Source of the DNA: Candidatus Kerfeldbacteria bacterium
GTDB taxonomy: Bacteria > Patescibacteriota > Patescibacteriia > UBA9570 > XYC2-FULL-38-9
DNA: 64,000 nucleotides
Assembly (NCBI GenBank): GCA_043813585.1
Contig: JBDRKW010000005.1
Location: 3,409 to 67,408 of the forward strand
Reading direction: 5' to 3'
How positions within the stretch are numbered: position 1 is the first letter of the stretch; every line of letters begins with the position of its first letter. The position numbers were made by a program, and so were the translations under genes. Positions 1-10,003 of this stretch are shown here, piece by piece. The notes under the pieces were generated by a model, which had not been told where the DNA came from, did no database searches, and worked only from the letters and a program-made list of their open reading frames with translations.

Positions 1-1586
1 TTATCAAAGTCCAGTCGCAAAAAGGCGTCGAACGCGACGAGATTGAACGCGCGCTCATTGAAAACGGCTGGGAAAAAAGCGACATTGACGAAGCAATGGC
101 GTCGTCCGGCCTCGCTTCTTCATCCGCATCAGAACCTGTTGCGGCTCCAAAAGAACCGATGCAACCCGCGGCGCAGCCTCTGGCAGAAATAAAGCCGGTA
201 CTGCCGGCAACGCCTCCGATAATGGAAGAACCGATCGATATTTTAGATACGACCAGCGGTCCGGCAGCCGATCTGCAGCTCCCAGGGACGCCCGCAAAAG
301 CTGCAACGCCTGCTTCTGAAGAAGCGCTTTCACAATCACTGTCAACAGCGACGGCAACGGCGACGGCAGCAATGCCAAAAACCCAGAAGCCGGAGTATGT
401 CTCGGGCCTGAGCAGGAAGAGCAAAGGACTTCTCGTTACCGTAGCGGTGGTCCTGTTGCTCAGTATTGGCGGAGGATCAGTATATGCGTATTACTACCTG
501 TACGCTTCGCCGGCGCGCATCATGAAAAATACAATGGAGAATGTCGCAAACCTCAGTTCCGCGAACTTCATTGTTGATGTATCTGTCATGGAGCTGGACG
601 GCGCTCCGCAGGATCCGGCAGCGAGATTCAATATTACAGGCGCGCTGGAAGGGTTAACCGGTTCAACGCCGCTTCAGGGGTTTGGCACGCTTGTCGTTGC
701 TGCCCCGGGAGCCGATAAATTATCCATCGAACTCCGGTTGGTCCAGCAGATGCTCTATGTCAAGGCGGCGGCCTCCGATAACGCAATCTCCGGACTGCCG
801 TTTCCGGACAGCTGGCTGCAAATTGACGCCAACTCTGCAAAACAGCTGTTCGGCGAATCGAACCCTGTGATTGAAGTTGTTGATGAAGACGGAACACAGC
901 AGCTGTCAGAAGAGGACCGCACCCTGTTGGTGCAGGCGTTCCGCAATGCGTCGATCATCACGATCACCGGAAAAGCGGGCGAAGAGGACATTATGGGCAC
1001 CAATACATCAATACTCACATTTGAGATCGACAAAGAGGGGCTGAAAGCGTTCGTCACCGAAATCTCACCGCTGCTCATGAAGTACGCGGAGTTCACGCAG
1101 GAACAGGTGACAGGCCTTCGTGCCGGCATTGATGAAATGGAGATGACCACCGGCAAGCTCTGGATTGATACGTCGAATTTCCAGCTCTATCAGGTGCAGA
1201 CAGTGAAGCCGATGAAAGATGCGAACGGCAACGTGAAGGAACAGACCGTCACGACTGTTACGCTCTGGAACCATAACGATCCGGTTGACGTACAGGTGCC
1301 TGAAGACGCCGTATCGCTTGAAGAGTATTTCAAACAACTCGGGATTTTCCTTTCGGAAGAGATTGGAAGCGCAATAGAGGAGACCCCGGAATTATTGCCG
1401 GGCCTGGAGGAAGAACCCAATAAGCCGGTTAAAGAAACAGACACGGACGGCGACGGCCTGAGCGATTCTGATGAACAGAAATACGGGTCTGACATCAACA
1501 ATCCGGATTCAGACGGCGACGGCTTCCTGGACGGGGAAGAAGTAGAAAACGGCTACAATCCAAACGGACCGGGCAAGCTCAAATAA
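1..1586 (+). CDS. Membrane-anchored hypothetical protein (5'-partial at window edge) with C-terminal thrombospondin-type-3-like Ca-binding repeats
   Basis: Reading frame is open from position 3 (IKVQSQKGVERDEIERALIENGW...), so the gene likely starts upstream of the window. Has one TM segment (LLVTVAVVLLLSIGGGSVYAYYYL). C-terminal DTDGDGLSDSDEQ...DSDGDGFLDGEE matches DxDxDG repeats. Confidence 0.5.
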   Translation, partial: IKVQSQKGVERDEIERALIENGWEKSDIDEAMASSGLASSSASEPVAAPKEPMQPAAQPLAEIKPVLPATPPIMEEPIDILDTTSGPAADLQLPGTPAKAATPASEEALSQSLSTATATATAAMPKTQKPEYVSGLSRKSKGLLVTVAVVLLLSIGGGSVYAYYYLYASPARIMKNTMENVANLSSANFIVDVSVMELDGAPQDPAARFNITGALEGLTGSTPLQGFGTLVVAAPGADKLSIELRLVQQMLYVKAAASDNAISGLPFPDSWLQIDANSAKQLFGESNPVIEVVDEDGTQQLSEEDRTLLVQAFRNASIITITGKAGEEDIMGTNTSILTFEIDKEGLKAFVTEISPLLMKYAEFTQEQVTGLRAGIDEMEMTTGKLWIDTSNFQLYQVQTVKPMKDANGNVKEQTVTTVTLWNHNDPVDVQVPEDAVSLEEYFKQLGIFLSEEIGSAIEETPELLPGLEEEPNKPVKETDTDGDGLSDSDEQKYGSDINNPDSDGDGFLDGEEVENGYNPNGPGKLK

Positions 1587-1590
1587 TTAA

Positions 1591-1617
1591 CAGCCCCTTC
1601 GCGGGGCTGTTTTTTTG
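1591..1617 (+). terminator. Rho-independent terminator (cagcccc-ttcg-cggggctg followed by T7)
   Basis: Perfect 7-bp GC stem with a tetraloop, then tttttttg, directly after the stop at 1584-1586. Confidence 0.6.
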
Positions 1618-1626
1618 TTGCTCTTC

Positions 1627-3579
1627 TTATTCTGCGTCGATGCGCATGAGGTGTTCGATCAGCGTTCCTTTGATTCGTTTCTTCTTATGCTTCAAGCGAA
1701 TGAGGAACGAATGCACCTCGCTCTGTACGCCGGCAGACAGCTGCGGCAATTCAATCTCTGCCTGAATGGTTACATACTCACCCGGTTGGACCTTCTGTTG
1801 GAGAAACGCGACCGCAATTCCGTTGACCATCAGTTTGGTCTTCTTGTTCCAGTTTTGGATGCCGTCATTCAGGAACGTAAACGTTGCCGTGACGGTCGAA
1901 CCGGAGTAGGCGACTATCGGCAGGGTGTGCTCCGCAAGCTCTCCGCGCAGCACATGCGTAAACCGCAGCTTCCGCGTAGCGTTCGTCTTCTTGACTTTAG
2001 CACCCTCGTCAAACACCTTGAAGAACAATTTCCGCTGCTTATATTTGTTCGGCGTTTTAATGACAAAATGGAACGATCCTTTTTCACCGGGCGCAACCGT
2101 TTCCTCAACCATCGCAATCTTGCCCAGGGAATCCGGCCAGCTGTTCTGCCGCAATGAGGTCGGGCGTTTTCCTGAACCGTTGTAGATCTTCAGTTTCGTT
2201 TCGCCCTGTACCCATGTTTCCGTGCCGGTATTCTTATAGCGAACGGTTATTTCATATCGGCTTCCGGCTACCAGGTTCAGCCTGTCCTGCTTAATTGTTC
2301 CGCCGAGCTTATACACATTCATATCAATAAAGGTGCCTTCCAGCGGGGGTGTAATGGCCGCTTCATATTGCTCCTGCGACAATGTGCGTATCGTACCAAG
2401 GTCATCCTGGAGCTCGCTGCCTGGACAATAGGTGGCATCCAGGTCGCGGTGGCCGACGATGCGTTTTGTCGTGGTGCCCTGAAGGGTTGTATATGATTTT
2501 GGCTGGATACCGAATGCTGCTGCCTTTGCACCAATCAGTTGACCGAGCGCTTGCTCCATTTCAGGGGTCACTTCATGCGTCGTATAGCATGCGCCGGGAG
2601 TGGATTCGAAGCATCCCATGATGGCAATGCCTACAGAGCCCTCATTGAAGTTAATATTGTTGCTGCTGTCGAAGGTATGGCCGCCGATAACGCCATCCCC
2701 GCCGGTTCGGCCCTCGTAAATGTTGCCCTGCGGGTCGATGATGTAGTTGTATCCAATATCGCCCCAGCCCAGAACCTTAGCATGCCAGTAGTAGATGGCG
2801 CGAACAGACGCAGAAGGGTCATCCCCGCCGTCCGTGCCGGCCGTATGGTGCACAATAAACGCTCGAGGGTCCAGGTACTCTGCAGGCCACTTCACGCTGC
2901 CTGTTGATGTTTCGCGATACGACTCGTCCGCGCCCCATTCTTCGCGCGAAATGATATGCAACCCGCCGTCTTTGCTGTCTGCGGTTGTGGCAGCCGCTGT
3001 TCCGCGAACCGATGGCTCCGGCGACGCGGTATTGATATAGATAATCTCCGCAGATTCCAGGACAGGGCTTGCGCCCGAAGGCAGGCGGTTCAGTTTCACG
3101 GAGAGGACGAACGATTCCGGATCCTCCACCATGACCGGCCGCGTAATATACAGGTCCGCCGGCAGCGAGTCCTTCAGGTCTTCACCAAGCGGAGGCAGTA
3201 CGCGCGATATCGTACCGTCGGCGCTTCTGATTTCAACTGCCAGTTCAATCGCTTCATTGCCCGGCATGAGGTCGCGGATATCCGGCCCTGTCAGTTTTAC
3301 GCCAATGGCGTTGAACGGGAAGTCCGGGGTATATGTTCCGGTTGTGAATGTCAGCGACTGTTCGCCTTCAGGTACTTCCAGCCGGGAAGCTTCTGCCATT
3401 GAAAAACGCCCGTCAGAAGCAGGCGTTGAAAAGTTGATTGGAATGGAACCTTCAGCAATACCGGGGGAAGCAGCGTACGCAGGAGGGGGAAGCACGGTGA
3501 ACAGCGCCGCGCACGCAACGAGAGCAACCGCAGATCGTGCGTTAAATAGGCTGTTTATATTGAAGATACCGACATTCAT
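1627..3579 (-). CDS. Secreted N-acetylmuramoyl-L-alanine amidase / PGRP (Amidase_2) domain protein with C-terminal beta-sandwich domains
   Basis: N-terminal signal peptide. GYNYIIDPQGNIYEGRTGG...HTFDSSNNINFNEGSVGIAIMGCFE and HRDLDATYCPG are typical Amidase_2/PGRP zinc-amidase motifs. Confidence 0.6.
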   Translation of the reverse strand: MNVGIFNINSLFNARSAVALVACAALFTVLPPPAYAASPGIAEGSIPINFSTPASDGRFSMAEASRLEVPEGEQSLTFTTGTYTPDFPFNAIGVKLTGPDIRDLMPGNEAIELAVEIRSADGTISRVLPPLGEDLKDSLPADLYITRPVMVEDPESFVLSVKLNRLPSGASPVLESAEIIYINTASPEPSVRGTAAATTADSKDGGLHIISREEWGADESYRETSTGSVKWPAEYLDPRAFIVHHTAGTDGGDDPSASVRAIYYWHAKVLGWGDIGYNYIIDPQGNIYEGRTGGDGVIGGHTFDSSNNINFNEGSVGIAIMGCFESTPGACYTTHEVTPEMEQALGQLIGAKAAAFGIQPKSYTTLQGTTTKRIVGHRDLDATYCPGSELQDDLGTIRTLSQEQYEAAITPPLEGTFIDMNVYKLGGTIKQDRLNLVAGSRYEITVRYKNTGTETWVQGETKLKIYNGSGKRPTSLRQNSWPDSLGKIAMVEETVAPGEKGSFHFVIKTPNKYKQRKLFFKVFDEGAKVKKTNATRKLRFTHVLRGELAEHTLPIVAYSGSTVTATFTFLNDGIQNWNKKTKLMVNGIAVAFLQQKVQPGEYVTIQAEIELPQLSAGVQSEVHSFLIRLKHKKKRIKGTLIEHLMRIDAE

Positions 3580-3697
3580 ATACCCTTGTATTTTTATTTT
3601 GTGTACCTAGTAGTATACCGCAAAAACGAGAGTTTGTCGACCCCAATAATAAAACATTGACTACAATTTGTGTTCACCCCTATTTTCGCTTCTCCTA

Positions 3698-4948
3698 TTA
3701 TTGAGAGAGTGCGCGTTCAGACCCCGTGGTGCGAGTGGAAACAACCAGCACCCCGAGCCAGGTCCAGAACAGGACAGCCAGGTCGTTCTTGAAGAACGGA
3801 ACGTCGACCAGGCCGTACACAAGAAAGCAGGCCATGACCCCAAGAAGCACAGCCGTATATCCGTCAGAGCGCTTGATCGCCCGGACTGACTTTGCGGCAA
3901 CCAGCACCAGGACAGAAACAATCCATGCCAGGCCCAGGACGCCAAGCTCCACCCAGAAGTTCAGGAAGAGGTTATGCGGGTAGAGCAGCAGCTCCACGTG
4001 CGACGGCAGCCGGTAGATATCATAGACCATGGGGAACGCCGCAAGTCCGGCGCCGAAGACCGGTTGCGCCTTGAGGAGGTTGATGGTTCCTTCCCACAGC
4101 GCGAGCCGCACGTCTCCGGACACATCCTGGAACAGCAAGATCTCGCGGACCGGCTCGAACAAGAAACCAACCGCCACGCCGGCCACTGCCAGCGCAATCG
4201 CCCACCAGCGCCACTTACTGAACAGCGCCATTACGACCGTGCCGGCTGCGACCGCGATGAACGCGCCTTCGACGCGCGCGGCAATGAGGGCAAAGAGCAA
4301 AAAGAGGATCAGGGACAGGACAAAAAGGACATTACTCTTGGTAAAAAACTTCACGTGGAAGAGCAAACCGATGAACAGCGTCAGTATAGGCGCAATGTAG
4401 AGGCCGACCGCGTTCGGATAGCCGTAAAAAGCGGTGGCGCGGCGGTCCGGCAGGTCATGCCACGGGTCCGGGATGCCCCAGCCGGTCGCATATTGCGCGC
4501 CCGCGGCAAGTGCGACCACGAATGCGGAGATTCCAAGCGCCCAAAAGCATAAACGGAGGTCTTCCTTTGACTTCACAGTATGGATAAAGACAAAAAAGTA
4601 TAAAATCGGTTCCAGGATATAGGCCTTAAAGATGCCGGCCCCCGCGCGCAGGTCCGGAGTGACAATCATGCCGAACACGCCGGCAATGACCAGCAGCGCA
4701 ACAGCCACATACCACCATTCAATCCTGCTCGGCGCCCTCAATGAAGACCGGTCCTGCACGAGAAATACCACAAACAGCGTCAGGATAAGCACTTCCAGCA
4801 TCGTCATCGGCAGCAAGCCGAATAATTCAAACCGCACCAGATAGGTCGGCAGCAGCAGCAGGACAAACGCCACGCCCCACAAGCGGTGTTTGGTGCTGAT
4901 GGCGACCAATACGGCCGCAGCGATTAATGATGCTGCAAATGCGATCAT
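3698..4948 (-). CDS. O-antigen ligase/polymerase family (Wzy_C) membrane protein
   Basis: Multi-TM protein. R..W...PVFGAGLAAF and PHNLFLNFWVELGVLGL match the Wzy_C periplasmic-loop motifs. Its last codons overlap the next gene by 4 nt. Confidence 0.5.
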   Translation of the reverse strand: MIAFAASLIAAAVLVAISTKHRLWGVAFVLLLLPTYLVRFELFGLLPMTMLEVLILTLFVVFLVQDRSSLRAPSRIEWWYVAVALLVIAGVFGMIVTPDLRAGAGIFKAYILEPILYFFVFIHTVKSKEDLRLCFWALGISAFVVALAAGAQYATGWGIPDPWHDLPDRRATAFYGYPNAVGLYIAPILTLFIGLLFHVKFFTKSNVLFVLSLILFLLFALIAARVEGAFIAVAAGTVVMALFSKWRWWAIALAVAGVAVGFLFEPVREILLFQDVSGDVRLALWEGTINLLKAQPVFGAGLAAFPMVYDIYRLPSHVELLLYPHNLFLNFWVELGVLGLAWIVSVLVLVAAKSVRAIKRSDGYTAVLLGVMACFLVYGLVDVPFFKNDLAVLFWTWLGVLVVSTRTTGSERALSQ

Positions 4949-6378
4949 GCGCGTTTTTTATGCAGGACCATATTTTGCAGGGCAATGAGCATGCCGATCA
5001 CAAACCAGATATGGACGATGTATAAAATCGAAAAGGTATTGTACTGCACAAGGATCCCTACAAACGCGGCAAAGAAGGCAACAAGGACTGTTTTAATATA
5101 CGGGTCAGCCTTAACTGTCAGCGCTTTCACGGAACGGATGATAACAACAAGAAATACTGCCACCATGGCCGCAAAACCGAGAGTGCCGTTTTCAGCCAGC
5201 AGTTCAAGGTATTCGTTGTTGACGATGCGCCAGCCCTGTTCCGGCACCACAAGCGGATGCCAGCTCTCGAACGGACCAAAGCTGCCGGAGCCGATGCCGA
5301 CCACCGGATGCTGTCGCCACGCCTCTTCCGCGACAGAAAACATGTCTACGCGCTCGGAAAACGAGGCGCCTTCAAACACGCCCGACACATGGCCCAGAAA
5401 TTGCGTCGAAATCACGTCAAACCCGATCACCTGGGTCACCAGAACAATGCCTGCAATGCCCGCCGCAGCAGCATAGAACAGGTTGCGCCAGGTAAACAGC
5501 TTCAACTGGAAGAAATAATACGCAAGAAGAACAAGCGCGCTCGCCGCAAACCCGATGTAGCCGCCGCGTGCGACAGTCAGCACCAGGTTCACAAGCCCGA
5601 GGCCGAACAATCCGATCACCATCCACGATTTCATCGAGCGGTCCCGCGCAAGAAAGAGCGAAAGCAGCACAGACAGCGGAACAAGCAGGTAGTTTGCAAA
5701 ATAGAGCGGCTCCAGCGCGGTGGACTGAACGCGCGGGAAGCCGAGTATCTCTTTCGTGTACAGCTCGCGCAGGCCGGTGATTTCCGGCGGCAGGCCGATG
5801 ATATCGCCGACAAACTGGTACAGCCCAAACAGCGTCACCAACAGCATGGAGAAGAAGAAAAACTGCAGCATCCGTTCCACGACCTCCTTCTTCTTCACGA
5901 CAAACGGAATCATGATGCCGATAAAAAAGGTGAAGATCGTAAACCCGGTGACCATAACGGAGCGCTCCAGGTTCGGGGCGTTCAGCAGGCCAAACAGCTG
6001 GATAATGACGAACAGCGCCAGCGGGAGCGCGATGGGGATGCGCGGAAGCGGGAATTTTTTCCTGCCAAGGTTGTATAGGACAACAGATATAATGACAAGC
6101 AGGGCCGTCACCTGCGACGGACGCACCGTCACGCCGGCAATGTCATACGAGCCCAGCCGTTCAAACGGAATAAAAAACACAAACAGGTACAGGCCGTGCC
6201 AGGGGTTCTCCAGGATAACCATGGCCAGCGCGACCGTCCCGAGCCCGGCAAAGATCCAGAACGGATCGACGCGCCAGCTCAAGAACCCGAGCAGCAGCAC
6301 GAGGCCGCCCAAAAGAAGAAGGGTGAAGACCGTCCGCGCCCGCAGGTATTCAAGTATTTTTTTTACTGCGGCATTCAT
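4945..6378 (-). CDS. O-antigen ligase/polymerase family (Wzy_C) membrane protein, paralog
   Basis: Multi-TM protein. RVDMFSVAEEAWRQHPVVGIGSGSFGPF and NEYLELLAENGTLGF are Wzy_C-like. It has ATGA-type overlaps with both neighbours. Confidence 0.5.
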   Translation of the reverse strand: MNAAVKKILEYLRARTVFTLLLLGGLVLLLGFLSWRVDPFWIFAGLGTVALAMVILENPWHGLYLFVFFIPFERLGSYDIAGVTVRPSQVTALLVIISVVLYNLGRKKFPLPRIPIALPLALFVIIQLFGLLNAPNLERSVMVTGFTIFTFFIGIMIPFVVKKKEVVERMLQFFFFSMLLVTLFGLYQFVGDIIGLPPEITGLRELYTKEILGFPRVQSTALEPLYFANYLLVPLSVLLSLFLARDRSMKSWMVIGLFGLGLVNLVLTVARGGYIGFAASALVLLAYYFFQLKLFTWRNLFYAAAAGIAGIVLVTQVIGFDVISTQFLGHVSGVFEGASFSERVDMFSVAEEAWRQHPVVGIGSGSFGPFESWHPLVVPEQGWRIVNNEYLELLAENGTLGFAAMVAVFLVVIIRSVKALTVKADPYIKTVLVAFFAAFVGILVQYNTFSILYIVHIWFVIGMLIALQNMVLHKKRA

Positions 6379-7448
6379 GAGCCCAGGACAGAGTCAAATA
6401 ACAAAAGCGTCTTGCGTGCCGTTTCGTGCCAGGAGAACTTCTTTGCCTGCTCAACCGACTTCCGCTGCATCTCGCTGCGGATTTCCGTGTTGTTAAAGAG
6501 AAGGTTCATGCGCTCGCGGATCGAGTCCACTTCGTACGGGTCAAACAGCACGCCGGCTTCGCCAACCACTTCCGGCAGCGACGAGTTCTGCGAAACGGCA
6601 ACAGGCGCGCCGCACTTCATCGCTTCCAGCGCGGGAAGGCCGAACCCCTCGTAGATCGACGGCATCACAAAGAACAGGCAGGCGTTGTACAGCGCGAGCA
6701 GCTGCTCGGACGAAACATAGTCCAGGCAGATCACGGTGTTCTGCAAATGGTATTTGCGGATTTTCTCGTACACGCTGTCGTAGTTCCATCCTTTCTTACC
6801 GACCAGGACGAGCTTCGCGTCGCTGCGGTCCGCATAGACGAACGCCTCCAGCAGGCGTCCGAAATTCTTGCGCGGCTCCAGCGTGCCGACGCTCAAGACA
6901 AACGGCGCTTCAACTTCCGCATCGCGTAACTGCTGTTCAATCCACTGTATGTCGCGGACGATATGGAAATCTTCAGAAGCGGCCGGGTAGATAACCTCTG
7001 TTTTGGCTTTATCGATACCCAGGTGAGTGACGATATCATCGCGCGTGTGTTCGGAGATGCACGCCAGCCTGGCCGCGCGCTTCATCGAGTTGGGAAGGAT
7101 ATTCGACCAATACCGCCGCGCCGGCCCGGAAAAATGGTCGGCATACAGCACGCCGAAAATATCATGCGCCGTCATCACAACCGGTTTGCGGAACCGGGGC
7201 GCGGAAAACGCCGGCACGAACAGTGCGTCCACGCGCTTCATGCGCGCGGCAAGCGGCAGGCCGACCTGGTCCCACAAAATCCGCTTTGGCGTATTCAGGT
7301 CTTTTTTAATGAAGTTGATCTCCTCAAACGTATAATCGCGCGACTGTTTCTTCATCTCGGACACGACATGGTCAACGTAAAAACCAAGACCGGTTTTCTG
7401 GCCGACAGCCGCAGCCATGTCAACACCAATGCGCGCATTAGGCATCAT
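6375..7448 (-). CDS. Glycosyltransferase family 4 (GT1 superfamily)
   Basis: EGFGLPALEAMKCGAPVAVS is the E-x7-E GT4 signature region. 357 aa. Confidence 0.7.
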   Translation of the reverse strand: MMPNARIGVDMAAAVGQKTGLGFYVDHVVSEMKKQSRDYTFEEINFIKKDLNTPKRILWDQVGLPLAARMKRVDALFVPAFSAPRFRKPVVMTAHDIFGVLYADHFSGPARRYWSNILPNSMKRAARLACISEHTRDDIVTHLGIDKAKTEVIYPAASEDFHIVRDIQWIEQQLRDAEVEAPFVLSVGTLEPRKNFGRLLEAFVYADRSDAKLVLVGKKGWNYDSVYEKIRKYHLQNTVICLDYVSSEQLLALYNACLFFVMPSIYEGFGLPALEAMKCGAPVAVSQNSSLPEVVGEAGVLFDPYEVDSIRERMNLLFNNTEIRSEMQRKSVEQAKKFSWHETARKTLLLFDSVLGS

Positions 7449-8934
7449 TTTTTTTGAGGCTGGTTAGGCTCCTCACATCTTTAATCGATAAGCCGCGGGA
7501 GAGAAACAGCAGTAAGACGTACACAAGGCCGCCGGCCGGTACGGCAATAGCAAGCGTATAGACCGCAGCCCACGTCGGATTGGCAAAAGAAAAGAGGATA
7601 TCCCGGCAGACCGGCGCCAGGTAGGCAAGCAGCAGGAACATGATTGCGGAAGAAAGCACCGCTTTCAGGAGCCGGTATAAGCTCAAGTGGACGCGCGATG
7701 TGTAGAGCACAATCCCGAGCGCTATCAGCAGGATTGCTATTTCAGAGTAGACCGTCACCCACGCCGCGCCGTAAATGGAATACCGCGGTATGAAAATGAA
7801 ATAGCCGACAAGAGATGTTACGGCCGCAAACGCATAACCAAAGATCATCGTGCGCTGCTTATCAAGCGCCACAACCAGGTAGGTGAAGAGCGTGCCCACA
7901 AAAATGGCGGCGGCCGCAACGATAAGGATGCGCAGGATCGGCACGGAATTGCCGAACTCGTTGCCGGCAATAACCTGGATAATATCCGGCGCAAGCACCA
8001 GCGTTCCCGCTATCATGGGAATAGCAATAAACGAAAGCGCATCAAACGACTTTTGCAGCATCCGCCTGAACCGTTCCGTGTCCGCGGTTTTCCATGCGTT
8101 GGTAATGACCGGCAGTACCAGTCCCGCAAACATCGCGGGGAACGTGATCATGACTTCCAATATCTTATACGGCGCACCGTACCAGCCAACCACCTGCTCG
8201 CTTTCAAAAAAGGTCAATATCACCGTGTCACCCTTGAAGTACATCAGCCCGAAGAAGATCGACAGCGCGATCGGCCATGCTTCCTTTATAATCTCTTTGG
8301 TCAGCGCCCAGTCCAGCGTGAACCGCAGCTTGATGTATTTGCGCGATGCCAAAAAGTTCACTAAAAAGTTCGTACCGCTCGAGACCACCCGCGTGGCCAT
8401 CACCCATATCAGGTCCAGCCCGGCCCAGATGACGTTGAGCGTGGCAAACAGTAATACCGCTTTGCCCGCGAGTTCCGCAAGCGCGATCCAGTCCGTGCGC
8501 AGGAACTTCTGGAAAATGCCGGACAGCAGCTGGTTCAGCGAAACAAAGAGGAAGAAAAAGGTCGTCAGCGCGATACTGGTGATAATTTCCGGCGTATACA
8601 GCCCGTTCCAGAAACTGATGATCCATGCGGCCAGCGGGGCAAGCGCCAGCACGCCAATACCGGAGATGACGCGCAGGGTGAAGATATTGCTGGCTGTTTT
8701 CGTGCTGTTGTCGTCGAGCACCGCCAGCTTCTTGATCATAATGATGTACAGCCCGAAATCCATCAGGATCCCGAAGACCTGCAGGAACGCGACAATGGTC
8801 GTGTATTTGCCGAACCCGGCATCGCCGAGGTAGCGGAGCACGAACCCGGCCGCAATCAAAGAAAGGACGGTGCCGATCAGCTTGCCGCCCACTTGTATTG
8901 CCGTGTTTTGTGCTATTTTTCGTGCAACAGACAT
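7438..8934 (-). CDS. Polysaccharide biosynthesis flippase (Wzx/MOP superfamily)
   Basis: MSVARKIAQNTAIQVGGKLIGTVLSLIAAGFVLRYLG... is a typical Wzx N-terminus with 12+ TM segments. Start re-set to the ATG at 8934 (the ORF track extends to 9066 across the promoter). Confidence 0.65.
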   Translation of the reverse strand: MSVARKIAQNTAIQVGGKLIGTVLSLIAAGFVLRYLGDAGFGKYTTIVAFLQVFGILMDFGLYIIMIKKLAVLDDNSTKTASNIFTLRVISGIGVLALAPLAAWIISFWNGLYTPEIITSIALTTFFFLFVSLNQLLSGIFQKFLRTDWIALAELAGKAVLLFATLNVIWAGLDLIWVMATRVVSSGTNFLVNFLASRKYIKLRFTLDWALTKEIIKEAWPIALSIFFGLMYFKGDTVILTFFESEQVVGWYGAPYKILEVMITFPAMFAGLVLPVITNAWKTADTERFRRMLQKSFDALSFIAIPMIAGTLVLAPDIIQVIAGNEFGNSVPILRILIVAAAAIFVGTLFTYLVVALDKQRTMIFGYAFAAVTSLVGYFIFIPRYSIYGAAWVTVYSEIAILLIALGIVLYTSRVHLSLYRLLKAVLSSAIMFLLLAYLAPVCRDILFSFANPTWAAVYTLAIAVPAGGLVYVLLLFLSRGLSIKDVRSLTSLKKNDA

Positions 8935-8950
8935 AGTAAAAATCGGCTGG

Positions 8951-8979
8951 ATAATACCATTTACGGCACGTCGAGTCAA
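8951..8979 (-). promoter_or_regulatory. Sigma70-type promoter of the Wzx-GT4-Wzy-Wzy operon (TTGACT-17-TATTAT, read on the minus strand)
   Basis: -35 complement at 8974-8979 and -10 complement at 8951-8956, with a 17-nt spacer. The TSS would leave only about a 10-nt leader. A divergent plus-strand TTGACA lies at 8990-8995. Confidence 0.5.
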
Positions 8980-9065
8980 CCGAAACACCTTGACATCAGG
9001 GCTGATTTTTATTACACAGAGTGCGCAATATCGGCAAACCTCAATATAGGAAAGGGAGGTGTACA

Positions 9066-9878
9066 TTGGAACCGAATATCAGGAACGAAGGACCGTTCGT
9101 CGCTCTTCATGCGCCCAGCGGCTTCATCGACGGGGACCCGAACGCGCTCGCCCAGGCGGCGATCGACCTGTGGTCGTACCGCGGGGAGAGCGAGCACATC
9201 CGCAACCCGGCGCCGCAGCTGCCCGTGCCGCCCGAGAGCGGCGGACCGGACACGATCCAGCAGTGGATCGACCGGTGCCGCACTCTGTACGCGGGTTGGA
9301 TCGAGAACTGGATCATGGGCAAGGGCAGCGCTGCGGAGTCCATCCGGATGCGGGTGAGTGAGCAGCACAACGCCCTGGTGTTGGAGCGCGGACCGTTCGG
9401 CCAGGCAGTGAACCAGCAGATGCTCGCGGACCAGGCGTACGTCGAGTGCGTGGTCTACGTCAAGGTGGTGATCTGGCCGTGGCGGGTGATGGTGCACTGG
9501 AACACCGGCACCGGGTTCCAGGAGCCGGCGGTCCTGCCTGTGGCGCAGAAGCTCGGCCCGCACTGGCGCAGGATCGAGAAGTGGTCGGACCCGGCCGTGC
9601 TCGCCACCAAGACGGTCTTCATCCGCTGCCAGGCCGACCAGTCCATGTCGCCGACGTGGGACAAGGAGACGGGGCGTGCCGTCTGGCGGGTGTGCCCTGG
9701 TCCCGACCAGATCGTCTGGGACATCGTCTGGGACGCGCGCGTCGGAGGCATTGCGCTTCTCAACAACGGCTGGCTCGCAGTCACGGTTCCCCAGTTCATA
9801 CTGGGCGAGCTGACCTACGTCATCCTGGTGGACGGGACGGTCGAGGTGGACGCTTCCCCGTTCATCCAGGTCATCTGA
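9066..9878 (+). CDS. Hypothetical protein, markedly GC/GC3-rich (candidate horizontally acquired gene A)
   Basis: GGAGG RBS at 9055-9059, then a TTG start at 9066 in frame with ORF 9021. The protein-like composition is in this frame only; other frames give R/P/L/H-rich junk typical of GC-rich DNA. No recognisable domain. Confidence 0.45.
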   Translation: MEPNIRNEGPFVALHAPSGFIDGDPNALAQAAIDLWSYRGESEHIRNPAPQLPVPPESGGPDTIQQWIDRCRTLYAGWIENWIMGKGSAAESIRMRVSEQHNALVLERGPFGQAVNQQMLADQAYVECVVYVKVVIWPWRVMVHWNTGTGFQEPAVLPVAQKLGPHWRRIEKWSDPAVLATKTVFIRCQADQSMSPTWDKETGRAVWRVCPGPDQIVWDIVWDARVGGIALLNNGWLAVTVPQFILGELTYVILVDGTVEVDASPFIQVI

Positions 9879-9949
9879 CCAGTTCAGTGTTGTCCGACCG
9901 GAGGGGTCGCGCAGCACTTCTTTTTTTGGCGCGACATTGTTTCTCATGA

Positions 9950-9978
9950 TTGACAAACCGGCCAAAATCAGCTACAAT
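9950..9978 (+). promoter_or_regulatory. Sigma70-type promoter TTGACA-17-TACAAT for the SpoIID-like gene
   Basis: TTGACA at 9950-9955 and TACAAT at 9973-9978. This shows the annotated ORF start at 9950 is not the real start. Confidence 0.6.
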
Positions 9979-10003
9979 ACATACAAATAGAAACAAAACA
10001 ACA

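Noticed and set aside
682-1501. Nested ORFs (682-870, 755-1156, 1065-1337, 1190-1501) inside gene 1
   Set aside because: They fall inside a longer ORF with coherent features (TM segment, Ca-binding repeats). Alternate-frame noise.
7438-9066. 542-aa version of the Wzx ORF
   Set aside because: The extension crosses the operon promoter and the divergent gene-A promoter/RBS. The conserved Wzx N-terminus begins at the ATG at 8934.
9012-9965. 317-aa minus-strand ORF and other overlapping ORFs (9059-9361, 9446-9949, 9455-9799) covering GC-rich islet A
   Set aside because: Their R/P/L/H-dominated, low-complexity translations are typical of wrong frames in GC-rich DNA. Only the plus frame at 9066-9878 is protein-like and has an RBS.
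9950-10003. Annotated upstream start of the SpoIID-like ORF
   Set aside because: It lies upstream of and within the TTGACA-17-TACAAT promoter. The first ATG downstream of the TSS is at 10004.
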